From: an uncultured Clostridia bacterium
GTDB lineage: Bacteria; Bacillota; Clostridia; Christensenellales; Borkfalkiaceae
Assembly: GCA_946624395.1 (NCBI GenBank)
Contig: CAMORY010000042.1
Span: 1 to 25,036 of the forward strand
DNA length: 25,036 nucleotides
Reading direction: 5' to 3'
A model generated the notes under the pieces. That model ran no database searches. It saw only the letters and a list, made by a program, of their open reading frames with translations, and had not been told where the DNA came from. Positions 1 to 8,470 of this stretch are shown here, piece by piece (the first letter of the stretch is position 1; the number at the start of each line of letters is the position of its first letter). Made by a program: the position numbers and the translations under genes.

Positions 1-2
1 AT

Positions 3-836
3 AAAAGCGATAAAGTTGACGGCGCGGCGGGGAAAGGTAAGACGTTTACTATTCTTGCCGACAACTTAAACAATCCTATAAACCAAGAATATAATAACGG
101 GCTTAAAAACTCGGCGGGTAAAACTTTTGCGGAAGTTCAAGCCGATATTTCCGCGGAAGACTTTTTATCTTCGATAGGTTCTCTTAAAGCGGCGGAAACG
201 TTCAGGAGCAACGGTTCGCGCTTTTTGTGGGTAAAAAACATCTGGATAACCGACAGCCCCACCAAGCACCCCGTTGAAAGCAGTTGGGATTCATTTAAAA
301 GCACTTACGGCTACGACGGAGTTAATATCGAAAGCGATAAAGGCTACACCAAACTTATAGCGGAATTACAAGACGAACAGTCCGCGCCCAACGGGTACTT
401 TATACTCGTTGCGCTGACGGCGTTATCTTCGCTTTTGACGCAGTTCGTTATAGGCAGAAGCCAAAAGGCGCAGATGGAACTTCAGACGGTGAACGGGCAG
501 GGCGCGCAGACGCAGAAGATTATGATGTGGATGATGCCGATTATGATGGCGGTATTCGCGTTCTTCTACACCGCGGCGTTCTCGCTGTATATCGTATTAA
601 GTTCGATAATAAGTCTTTTCACTACGCTTATCATAAACTATATAGCCGATAAAAAATTCAAACCCAAAGAAGCGGGAGAAAACGAAATTATCCGCGGCAG
701 AGTATATATTCCGCCAAAAAAGGAAGAGCCGAAAAAAGAATACAAGAAGTCCAAAAAGAAAGATAAGACGTTAGAAGACGGGTTTTTATCCGGGCTTGCC
801 GACAAAAAGAAACACACGCGCGGCAGATTAAAGTAA
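3..836 (+). CDS. yidC: YidC/Oxa1 membrane protein insertase, 5'-truncated by the window edge
   Basis: Frame is open from position 3 (KSDKVDG...), so the track start at 225 is internal. Has FLWVKNIW..DSP (FLWxxNL..PD-like motif), C-terminal TM segments (MMWMMPIMMAVFAF, AAFSLYIVLSSIISL) and a basic tail. Lies directly upstream of jag, the usual synteny. Confidence 0.9.
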   Translation, partial: KSDKVDGAAGKGKTFTILADNLNNPINQEYNNGLKNSAGKTFAEVQADISAEDFLSSIGSLKAAETFRSNGSRFLWVKNIWITDSPTKHPVESSWDSFKSTYGYDGVNIESDKGYTKLIAELQDEQSAPNGYFILVALTALSSLLTQFVIGRSQKAQMELQTVNGQGAQTQKIMMWMMPIMMAVFAFFYTAAFSLYIVLSSIISLFTTLIINYIADKKFKPKEAGENEIIRGRVYIPPKKEEPKKEYKKSKKKDKTLEDGFLSGLADKKKHTRGRLK

Positions 837-870
837 ATAACACGCCGACAGGCGTTCAAGGAGTAAAATA

Positions 871-1752
871 ATGGAATTTACAGGTAAAACGGTTGAAGAA
901 GCCAAGGCAAAAGGATTAGAGAGCCTTGGTATCTCCGAAAATCAGGCGGAGATAACGGTAGTTGCCGAAGCGGTTAAGGGGCTGTTCGGCAAAGTGAAAA
1001 AAGAAGCGGTAGTCGACGTTAAAAAGAAAGAAGAAACCGCAAAACCCGCGAAAAAGGCGGTAAAAGAAGAAAAGGCGGAAAAAGACAACGGCGTGAAAGC
1101 GGCGGCGGAGTTCATAGGTAAACTTTTTGAAATTATGGACGTAAACGCCAAAGCGGATATAACCGATGAAAACGTTATTTCGCTTATAGCGGAAGAATCT
1201 TCGGCGGTTATCGGATATCGCGGAGAAGTGTTGGACGCTATACAGGTTTTAGCGGGTGCGGTTGCTAATATCGGCAAAAAGGAATACGAAAAAATCGTAG
1301 TCGACTGTGAAAATTACCGCGGGCGACGCGAAGAAACGCTTATCGCCCTTGCGCATAAACTCGAAGCGAAAGCGACGGAAATGAGAAGAAAGGTTATTTT
1401 AGAACCTATGAGTCCGTTTGAAAGGAGAATAATCCACACCGCGCTTGCGGAAAGCGAAACGGTCAAAACTATAAGCGACGGTAAAGAACCGCAACGGTAC
1501 GTTGTAATAGTTCCCAACGATTTGGACGAAACGTCAAGACCGTACAATGCGGGAACTAATCACGGCAAAAACCGCAGAGACGGAAAAATCGGCGGGAGAA
1601 GAGACCGTAATCATAACGACCGCGGCGGCAGAGACAACAGAAACCGCAATCGCGGAGAAAGAAGGGGCAGCGGATTTACCGAAGAAAAGAGAAAATCCAC
1701 TCCCTCTTTCGGTACGTATCTCGGCAACAGTTTAAAAGACAAAAATTATTAA
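871..1752 (+). CDS. jag: Jag/EloR (KhpB) RNA-binding protein with Jag_N, KH and R3H domains
   Basis: N-terminal EFTGKTVEEA, KH motif VIGYRGEVLDAIQ, R3H motif MSPFERRIIH; AAGGAG RBS; follows yidC. Confidence 0.95.
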   Translation: MEFTGKTVEEAKAKGLESLGISENQAEITVVAEAVKGLFGKVKKEAVVDVKKKEETAKPAKKAVKEEKAEKDNGVKAAAEFIGKLFEIMDVNAKADITDENVISLIAEESSAVIGYRGEVLDAIQVLAGAVANIGKKEYEKIVVDCENYRGRREETLIALAHKLEAKATEMRRKVILEPMSPFERRIIHTALAESETVKTISDGKEPQRYVVIVPNDLDETSRPYNAGTNHGKNRRDGKIGGRRDRNHNDRGGRDNRNRNRGERRGSGFTEEKRKSTPSFGTYLGNSLKDKNY

Positions 1753-1757
1753 AATAC

Positions 1758-1791
1758 TGCCCGCGGAAAACTATTCTGTTTTCCGCGGGCA
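1758..1791. terminator. 14-bp stem hairpin after jag (terminator or processing site; no clear U-tract)
   Basis: TGCCCGCGGAAAAC-tattct-GTTTTCCGCGGGCA. Confidence 0.55.
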
Positions 1792-1838
1792 AAGCCTATT
1801 TAAAAACCAAGGACTGCTTTTATTACAAGGTGAAAAAA

Positions 1839-3578
1839 ATGAAACAACTTATGATAGGAAACAAGGCGGTAGCGCGCGGGCTTTACGAAGGCGGTATAAA
1901 ATTCGTATCTTCTTACCCCGGCACTCCGTCTACCGAAATTACCGAATTTCTTGCTAAATACGACGACGTAAAGTCGGAGTGGGCGCCCAACGAAAAAGTG
2001 GCGCTAGAGGCGGCGTTCGGCGCGTCGCTTGCGGGCGCAAGGTCGGCTTGCGCCATGAAACACGTGGGCTTAAACGTTGCCGCCGACCCCCTGTTTACCC
2101 TTTCTTATACGGGCGTAAACGCAGGGATGGTTATTTGCGTTGCGGACGACCCCGCCATGCACTCTTCGCAGAACGAACAGGATTCCCGCCACTACGCTAT
2201 AGCGGCGAAAGTGCCGATGCTTGAGCCTTCCGACTCCAAAGAAGCGTACGAGTTTGCAAAATCTGCGTTCGAACTTTCGGAAAAGTTCGATACCGCGGTG
2301 CTGCTTCGTATGTGTACGAGAGTTGCGCACAGCCAGTCTGTAGTAGACACGGCGGACCGCGCGGAAATTCCGAATAAACCGTACGTTAAAGACGGCGCGA
2401 AATACATAATGATGCCCGCAAACGCGATAAAGCGGCACGTCGTCGTTGAAGAGCGTATGAAAGCGCTGCGCGAATACGCCGAGACCTGCCCCTTTAACCG
2501 TGTGGAAATGGGCGGTACGGAAATAGGTATTATCACTTCGGGCACTTCTTATCAGTACGTTAAAGAAGTATTCGGCGATACGGTCAGCGTGCTTAAAATA
2601 GGTATGCCGAACCCTTTGCCCGAAAAACTTATTTTAGATTTTGCAAAAAAGGTAAAAACCCTTTACGTTATAGAAGAATTAGAACCCATTATCGAAACGC
2701 ATTGCAGAAATTTAGGGCTTAACCCGATAGGAAAAGAAAAATTTTCTATCCTTGGCGAATTTTCCCAACAAACAATATCCGCGGCGTTTAATCTGCCCGA
2801 AAAGCCGACGGTAAAAGCGGACACTATTGCGCCCGCAAGACCGCCGATGATGTGCGCGGGCTGTCCGCACCGCGGAATTTATTACGTGCTTTCAAAGAAC
2901 AAAATAACCGTGTTAGGAGATATCGGTTGCTACACGCTTGGCGCGCAACCGCCCCTTTCCGCCGTCGACTATACCCTGTGTATGGGCGCGTCGGTATCGG
3001 GTATTCACGGGTTTTTGAAAGCGTCCGAAAATGGCGCCGAAAAAAGAACGGTTGCCGTTATCGGGGATTCCACGTTTATGCACTCGGGTATTACGGGGCT
3101 TGTGAACGTTGCGTATAACGGTTCTAACTCTACCGTTATTATTCTCGACAATTCAATAACGGGTATGACGGGGCATCAGCAAAACCCCACTACGGGGTAT
3201 AACATAAAAGGCGACCCCGCGGGGAAAGTCGATTTAGAAGCGCTTTGCCGCGCTATCGGTATTCGCCGCGTGCGAGTTGTAGACCCCTACGACCTTAAAG
3301 CCTGCGAAACCGCGGTAAAAGAAGAACTCGAAGCGGACGAACCGTCCGTAATCATATCAAGGCGGCCGTGCGTGCTTTTAAAATACGTAAAAACCGCGCC
3401 CGCGTTAAAAGTTGATAAAGAAAAGTGCCGCGCGTGCAAGAAGTGTATGACGCTCGGTTGCCCCGCCGTTTCCTTTAAAGACGGCAAGGCGCATATCGAC
3501 GCGACGCTTTGCGTTGGTTGCGAAGTTTGCAGCAAGTTGTGCCCGTTCGGCGCGATAGTAAAGGGAGGTACGTTATAA
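1839..3578 (+). CDS. iorA: Indolepyruvate (arylpyruvate):ferredoxin oxidoreductase alpha subunit
   Basis: GNKAVARG, SYPGTPSTE, NEKVALE, MKHVGLNVAAD, CAGCPHR, GDIGCY, TPP motif GDSTF..SG...N, two C-terminal CxxCxxCxxxCP ferredoxin motifs. Start placed at ATG 1839 (AAGGTG upstream) rather than GTG 1830. Confidence 0.95.
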   Translation: MKQLMIGNKAVARGLYEGGIKFVSSYPGTPSTEITEFLAKYDDVKSEWAPNEKVALEAAFGASLAGARSACAMKHVGLNVAADPLFTLSYTGVNAGMVICVADDPAMHSSQNEQDSRHYAIAAKVPMLEPSDSKEAYEFAKSAFELSEKFDTAVLLRMCTRVAHSQSVVDTADRAEIPNKPYVKDGAKYIMMPANAIKRHVVVEERMKALREYAETCPFNRVEMGGTEIGIITSGTSYQYVKEVFGDTVSVLKIGMPNPLPEKLILDFAKKVKTLYVIEELEPIIETHCRNLGLNPIGKEKFSILGEFSQQTISAAFNLPEKPTVKADTIAPARPPMMCAGCPHRGIYYVLSKNKITVLGDIGCYTLGAQPPLSAVDYTLCMGASVSGIHGFLKASENGAEKRTVAVIGDSTFMHSGITGLVNVAYNGSNSTVIILDNSITGMTGHQQNPTTGYNIKGDPAGKVDLEALCRAIGIRRVRVVDPYDLKACETAVKEELEADEPSVIISRRPCVLLKYVKTAPALKVDKEKCRACKKCMTLGCPAVSFKDGKAHIDATLCVGCEVCSKLCPFGAIVKGGTL

Positions 3579-4147
3579 TGACTACGAATATTATGATAGT
3601 GGGCGTGGGCGGACAAGGCAGTCTTTTGGCGTCCAAACTCTTGGGCGCGGTACTTCTCTCCGAAGGGTACGACGTAAAAGTTTCCGAAGTGCACGGTATG
3701 AGCCAGCGCGGCGGCAGCGTGGAAACGTACGTACGGTTCGGCGAAAAGGTGTATTCGCCCATAATCACGCAAGGCGAAGCAGATTATATTTTATCGTTTG
3801 AAAAGTTAGAAGCGGCGCGTTGGGCGGCGTACTTAAAACAGGGCGGCGAAATTATCGTCAACACGCAGGAAATTGACCCGATGCCCGTAATTATCGGCAA
3901 AGCCGAATACCCGTCCTCGATTTTAACGGAGTTAAAGGCAAAGGGCGTTAATATAGAAGCGATTGACGCGCTTTCCGCGGCGGAACAGGCGGGCAGCGTT
4001 AAAGCGGTCAACGTAGTGTTGCTTGCGCGGCTTGCAAAGCGGTTCGCTATCCCCTACGGCAAATGGATAGAAGCAATCGAAAACACCGTCGCTCCCAAAT
4101 TTTTAGAAATGAACAAGAAAGCCTTTGAAATAGGATACAATTTATAA
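3578..4147 (+). CDS. iorB: Indolepyruvate:ferredoxin oxidoreductase beta subunit
   Basis: GVGGQG, SEVHGMSQRGGSV motifs. ATG 3578 overlaps the iorA stop (TAATG) with GGAGG upstream; the track start at 3509 is too early. Confidence 0.95.
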   Translation: MTTNIMIVGVGGQGSLLASKLLGAVLLSEGYDVKVSEVHGMSQRGGSVETYVRFGEKVYSPIITQGEADYILSFEKLEAARWAAYLKQGGEIIVNTQEIDPMPVIIGKAEYPSSILTELKAKGVNIEAIDALSAAEQAGSVKAVNVVLLARLAKRFAIPYGKWIEAIENTVAPKFLEMNKKAFEIGYNL

Positions 4148-4170
4148 AACTTAAAAAGGAAGAAAAACCC

Positions 4171-5478
4171 GTGGAACAGTATTTTCAGAAAGACATCGAA
4201 ACGATGCCCGTTGAAAAAATAAAGGAATTACAATCAGCAAAATTAGTAAAGCAGGTAAAACACGTTTACGAAAACGTGCCCTATTACCGCGAGTTAATGG
4301 ATAAAAAAGGCGTTCGCCCCGAAGATATTCACGGGATAGAAGACCTACATAAACTCCCCTTTATATCGAAAAGCGATTTGCGGGAAACCTACCCCTACGG
4401 TATGCTTGCCGTGCCGCTGTCTGACTGCGTGAGAATACACTCCACGTCCGGCACGACGGGAAAGCGGGTTATAGCCTACTACACCCAGCACGATATAGAC
4501 CTTTGGGAAGACTGTTGCGCGCGCGCCATCGTTGCCGCGGGCGGCACGAAGGAAGACGTTTTGCAGGTGGCTTACGGCTACGGGCTGTTTACGGGCGGCG
4601 CGGGACTTCACGGCGGTTCGCATAAAGTGGGTTGTCTTACCCTGCCTATGTCCAGCGGGAACACCGAAAGGCAAATTCAGTTTATGATGGACTTAAAGTC
4701 CACTATTATCTGCTGTACGCCGTCTTACGCCGCGTACATAGGCGAAACTTTAAAAGAACAGGGATATAAGCCCGAAGACAATTCTTTAAAATCGGGCATT
4801 TTCGGCGCAGAACCGTGGACGGAAGAAATGCGCCGCGATATAGAAAAAGCTTTAGGCATTAAAGCGTACGATATTTACGGGCTTACCGAAACTTCGGGAC
4901 CAGGGGTTGCGTTCGAGTGCAAAGAACAGAAGGGTATGCATATAAACGAAGACCATTTTATCGCGGAAATAATAGACCCCGAAACGGGCGAAGTTCTGCC
5001 AGAAGGCGAAAAGGGCGAACTTGTGTTTACTTCGCTCGATAAAGAAGCGTTTCCCCTTTTGCGCTACCGTACGCGGGATATCTGCGTATTATCGCGCGAA
5101 AAGTGTTCGTGCGGCAGAACCTTTATCCGTATGGCAAAGCCCATGGGCAGAAGCGACGATATGCTTATTATCCGCGGCGTAAACGTGTTCCCTTCGCAGA
5201 TAGAAACGGTACTCTTAAACGAAGGATATGCGCCTAACTACCGCATAGAAGTAGACCGTGTGAACAACACCGATACTTTAGACGTTTACGTGGAACTTTT
5301 ACCCGAACAACTCTCCGATACCACCGAAGGTATAGTTAAAATGGAAAAAGCGCTTTCCGCCGCCATTACTACGATGCTTGGTATTCGCCCCGCGGTGCAT
5401 CTCGTACCGCCGAAGACCATAGTACGGAGCGAAGGCAAGGCGGTAAGGGTTGTAGATAAACGAAAATTGCACGATTAA
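4171..5478 (+). CDS. paaK: Phenylacetate-CoA ligase family protein
   Basis: HSTSGTTGK, AYGYGLFTGGAG, YGLTE, PLLRYRTRD, GRSDDMLIIRGVNVFPSQIE, C-terminal GKAVRVVDKR. Exact substrate is not established from sequence. Confidence 0.9.
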   Translation: MEQYFQKDIETMPVEKIKELQSAKLVKQVKHVYENVPYYRELMDKKGVRPEDIHGIEDLHKLPFISKSDLRETYPYGMLAVPLSDCVRIHSTSGTTGKRVIAYYTQHDIDLWEDCCARAIVAAGGTKEDVLQVAYGYGLFTGGAGLHGGSHKVGCLTLPMSSGNTERQIQFMMDLKSTIICCTPSYAAYIGETLKEQGYKPEDNSLKSGIFGAEPWTEEMRRDIEKALGIKAYDIYGLTETSGPGVAFECKEQKGMHINEDHFIAEIIDPETGEVLPEGEKGELVFTSLDKEAFPLLRYRTRDICVLSREKCSCGRTFIRMAKPMGRSDDMLIIRGVNVFPSQIETVLLNEGYAPNYRIEVDRVNNTDTLDVYVELLPEQLSDTTEGIVKMEKALSAAITTMLGIRPAVHLVPPKTIVRSEGKAVRVVDKRKLHD

Positions 5479-5489
5479 GGGGGAATATT

Positions 5490-5909
5490 ATGAAAATCAG
5501 GCAGTTGACCGTTTTTGTAGAAAACAAAGTAGGATACATTTCGGAGATAACCGAACTTTTTGCAAAAAACAATATCGATATGAAAGCGCTGTCCATTGCG
5601 GACACCAAAGACTTCGGTATTTTAAGGCTTATAGTAGACGACCCCGAAAAGGCGCTTAAAATTCTCAAAGACCACGGACTTTTAGGCACGATTACCGAAG
5701 TTATCGGCGTGGAAATTAAAAACAGCGCGGGCGAACTTTCAAAAGCGCTTGCGCTTCTTGCCGAAAAAGGCGTGAACGTAGAATATCTTTACGCGTTTTT
5801 ATCGGGAACGAAAGAAAGCGCGTTCGTGGTTATTAAGGCGACGGACAATCTTAAGGCTGAAACCGTTTTAAAAGCCGCGGGATTTAAGGAAATAAACGGA
5901 CTTTCGTAA
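5490..5909 (+). CDS. Tandem ACT-domain protein typical of paaK neighbours
   Basis: QLTVFVENKVG..., NIxALSIADTxDFGILRLIV, VNVEYLYAF; GGGGG RBS. Confidence 0.88.
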   Translation: MKIRQLTVFVENKVGYISEITELFAKNNIDMKALSIADTKDFGILRLIVDDPEKALKILKDHGLLGTITEVIGVEIKNSAGELSKALALLAEKGVNVEYLYAFLSGTKESAFVVIKATDNLKAETVLKAAGFKEINGLS

Positions 5910-5920
5910 TAACGGCGAAT

Positions 5921-6766
5921 ATGATTATCGACTTTCATACGCACACTTTTCCCGACGCGATGGCGGTAAAAACCGTCGAGTTTTTAAAGAGTAAATCGGG
6001 TACAGTTCCCTTTTCGGACGGCACGGTTAAAGGGCTTTCCGAAAAAGCAAAAACCGCGGGGGTAGAACTTTCGATAGTTCTGCCCGTAATCACTAACCCC
6101 GCGTCCACGGCTAAAATAAACCGCTTTGCGGCGGCGCAGAACGAAAGCGCTAAAGAAACGGGCGTTTTTTCCTTCGGCGGTATGCACCCTGACGTTGCGG
6201 ACATTAAAGGCGCGATAAAGGAAATCCGCGACTTGGGGCTTAAGGGGTTAAAAATTCACCCCGCGTACCAAAAAACGCCATTAAACGATATAAAATATAA
6301 ACGCATTATCGGCTATGCGGAAGAAACGGGGCTTATTGTCGTTTCCCACGGCGGCTTGGATATAGGCGTTGACGGCAGTTGGAGTTCGCCCCAAATGGCG
6401 GCGGAACTAATCGACGACGTTAAACCCGAAAGGCTGGTTTTAGCGCATATGGGCGGCTGGGAACAATGGCAGGACGTTAAAAATTACCTTTGCGGCAAAA
6501 AGGTGTATTTCGATACGGCGTTCTGCGCGGTGGACTTTGCGTACCAAAGCGAGTTCCCCGCGGACAGGCAAAAACCCGTGCTTTCGGAAAGAGATTTTAC
6601 CGAAATAGTAAAACTCCACGGTGCGGATAAAATTCTGTTCGGAACGGATAGCCCCTGGGGGGATGAAAAAACGCAGGTGGATTTTATAAACGGGCTAAAC
6701 CTTTCGCCCGCGGAAAAGTCCGCGATATTCTTTGGCAACGCGCAAAAACTTTTGGGAAAAATTTAA
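5921..6766 (+). CDS. Amidohydrolase-2 family metal-dependent hydrolase/decarboxylase
   Basis: IIDFHTH, GLKGLKIHP, VLAHMGG, VYFDTA, ILFGTDSPW, GNAQKLL. Confidence 0.85.
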   Translation: MIIDFHTHTFPDAMAVKTVEFLKSKSGTVPFSDGTVKGLSEKAKTAGVELSIVLPVITNPASTAKINRFAAAQNESAKETGVFSFGGMHPDVADIKGAIKEIRDLGLKGLKIHPAYQKTPLNDIKYKRIIGYAEETGLIVVSHGGLDIGVDGSWSSPQMAAELIDDVKPERLVLAHMGGWEQWQDVKNYLCGKKVYFDTAFCAVDFAYQSEFPADRQKPVLSERDFTEIVKLHGADKILFGTDSPWGDEKTQVDFINGLNLSPAEKSAIFFGNAQKLLGKI

Positions 6767-6813
6767 TACTTTTGAAAAAGACCTTCGGGCAATCGCCCGA
6801 AAACGGAGATAAA

Positions 6814-8454
6814 ATGTTGCTTACACAGTTGTTGGAAAGAAACGCCGCGCAATATACCGCGGACGTTGCGCTCGTGGAACTTAACCCCGCGACGCAGGAG
6901 AGAAAAAGAAGCACGTGGAAAGAGTATTCTTTGGTAGAAGAAAGTTCCACCCGCCACTTCCGCAGGGAAATAACCTGGGGCGAATTTAACGAACAGGCAA
7001 ACCGCGTCGCCGACTTCCTTATGAAAAAGGGGGTTAAAAAGGGCGACAAAGTCGGTATTCTTTTAATGAATTGTTTAGAGTGGTTGCCCCTGTATTTCGG
7101 GATTTTAAAAACGGGCGCGCTTGCCGTGCCTATGAACTTCCGCTACACCGCGGACGAGATACTGTACTGCGCCAACCTTTCGGAAATAAAAACTTTGTTT
7201 TTCGGTCCTGAATTTATCGGCAGGGTTGAAGAAATAGTGGATAGTTTAAGCGGCAAAGTAGCGCTGTATTTTACGGGCGGCGACTACTGCCCCACGTTTT
7301 CGGAAGACTTTGACGAAGAAGTAAAAGACTGCGCGACGGTAAACCCCGAAATTCCGTTGACCGCTTCTGACGACGCGGCAATCTATTTTTCAAGCGGTAC
7401 GACGGGCTTTCCCAAAGCCATTTTGCACGCGCACAGGGCGTTAGAACATGCGGCAATCGTCGAACAAAAGCACCACGGGCAAACCCGCGACGACGTGTTT
7501 TTGTGTATTCCGCCGCTCTATCATACGGGCGCGAAAATGCACTGGTTCGGAAGTCTTATGTCGGCAAGTAAAGCGGTGCTACTCCGCGGCACAACGCCCG
7601 AAACCATTATGGAAGCCGTATCCAACGAACGTTGCACCATCGTGTGGCTGTTAGTGCCGTGGGCGCAGGATATTCTGGAAAAACTCGATAACGGAACGAT
7701 TAAACTTTCTGATTATCACGTTAAGCAGTTCCGCTTAATGCATATCGGCGCGCAACCCGTGCCGCAAAGTTTAATAAAGCGCTGGCAGGAATATTTCCCG
7801 GGGCAGGCTTACGACACCAACTACGGCTTAAGCGAATCCATAGGTCCGGGGGCGGTGCATCTCGGCGTTGAAAACATAAGGAAAGTGGGCGCAATCGGCG
7901 TTGCGGGCTACGGCTGGCAGGTTAAAATCGTCAAAGAAGACGGCATAACCGAAGTAAAGCAAGGCGAAGTGGGCGAACTTGCCTTAAAAGGCGCGGGGGT
8001 TATGAAATGCTACTACCGCAACGAAAAGGCTACGGCGGACGTTATGCGCGGAGAGTGGCTTTTAACCGGCGATATGGCAAAGCAGGATGAAGAAGGGTTT
8101 ATTTATCTCGTTGACAGAAAGAAAGACGTAATAGTCTGCGGGGGCGAAAACCTTTACCCCGTGGAGATAGAGAACTTTATGCGTAAGTTCGATAAAATAA
8201 AGGACGTGGCGGTTATAGGGCTACCTGATAAGCGGTTGGGCGAAATCCCCGCGGCGATAATAGAACTTGTTTCGGGCGCAACCTGTACGCAGGAAGAAAT
8301 AGACGAATTCTGCCTTGCGCTTCCGCGGTATAAGCGCCCGAGAAAGGTTATATTTGCCAAAGTGCCGAGAAACGCCACGGGCAAAATAGAAAAACCCTTG
8401 CTCCGCAAGACGTATAACGCCGACAATATAGTCGACGAACAAAACCGTTCTTAA
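6814..8454 (+). CDS. AMP-forming acyl-CoA synthetase (ANL superfamily)
   Basis: P-loop YFSSGTTGFPK, NYGLSE, LLTGDMA, DRKKD, GGENLYPVEIE, PRNATGKI. Start placed at ATG 6814 (GGAGAT upstream). Confidence 0.88.
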   Translation: MLLTQLLERNAAQYTADVALVELNPATQERKRSTWKEYSLVEESSTRHFRREITWGEFNEQANRVADFLMKKGVKKGDKVGILLMNCLEWLPLYFGILKTGALAVPMNFRYTADEILYCANLSEIKTLFFGPEFIGRVEEIVDSLSGKVALYFTGGDYCPTFSEDFDEEVKDCATVNPEIPLTASDDAAIYFSSGTTGFPKAILHAHRALEHAAIVEQKHHGQTRDDVFLCIPPLYHTGAKMHWFGSLMSASKAVLLRGTTPETIMEAVSNERCTIVWLLVPWAQDILEKLDNGTIKLSDYHVKQFRLMHIGAQPVPQSLIKRWQEYFPGQAYDTNYGLSESIGPGAVHLGVENIRKVGAIGVAGYGWQVKIVKEDGITEVKQGEVGELALKGAGVMKCYYRNEKATADVMRGEWLLTGDMAKQDEEGFIYLVDRKKDVIVCGGENLYPVEIENFMRKFDKIKDVAVIGLPDKRLGEIPAAIIELVSGATCTQEEIDEFCLALPRYKRPRKVIFAKVPRNATGKIEKPLLRKTYNADNIVDEQNRS

Positions 8455-8470
8455 TAAAGGAAAAAGTTTT

